Source: Nageia nagi
Taxonomy: Eukaryota; Plantae; Pinophyta
Assembly: GCA_050084985.1 (NCBI GenBank)
Contig: JBITNC010000002.1
Span: 22,692,001 to 22,756,000, forward strand
DNA: 64,000 bases
Reading direction: 5' to 3'
Below, in pieces: positions 63,696 to 64,000 of this stretch. Position 1 is the first letter of the stretch. The number at the start of each line of letters is the position of its first letter. Below the pieces are notes generated by a model that ran no database searches, was not told the DNA's origin, and saw only the letters and a list, made by a program, of their open reading frames with translations. The position numbers were made by a program, and so were the translations under genes.

Positions 63696-64000
63696 TAGAA
63701 AATATAAAAATCCAACACAACCAAAGCCTCCAACCAAATATAAGAAACCATCAAGTACTTAGGAAGTTTCAAAATCAAAATAAAGACAATTCCCAAGTTT
63801 AGAAGCATATGGTACCTACTTCTTAAAGGAAGAATCCTCTAATGTGTATCAATATTATGAGTTTTATGAAAGTGCATATCATTACATATGTATTCATGTA
63901 ATACTAACTAATATGTAAAAGATTTTATGTGAAAGACAAGTTTTCTTAGAATCTCAAAATCTTAAAGAAGAAAATGAGCCATAAACGACAATTATCATTT

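Overview
Very AT-rich, repeat-dense plant nuclear DNA. The gene and TE families and the pervasive C>T/G>A decay suggest a gymnosperm; this is inference. Three apparently intact host genes are present: a 6-exon RKD-type RWP-RK transcription factor (1830-3944, minus), an intronless dirigent gene (18306-18815, plus) and a 6-exon GT8 galacturonosyltransferase of the GAUT12/13/14 clade (38255-50124, minus) with a 5'-truncated LINE in intron 3. A TE nest can be reconstructed: a plant-mobile-domain (PMD) relic was hit by a chromoviral Ty3/gypsy element (21614-35775), which was then hit by a full-length Ty1/copia element (26545-34942, perfect TSD), and a mini-CACTA (35839-36231) inserted next to it. 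A gypsy-RT/LINE chimera occurs twice in inverted orientation, flanking a degenerate telomere-like array. The most unusual signal is at 53.7-63.2 kb: three TSD-flanked, A-tailed insertions with no recognisable reverse transcriptase share one 3' stem-loop tail but carry different cargo (mostly non-coding DNA, LINE ORF1 only, and a non-LINE ~320-codon ORF). They are a candidate family of non-autonomous, LINE-tail-borrowing cargo retroposons. All translations, alignments and counts were done by eye.
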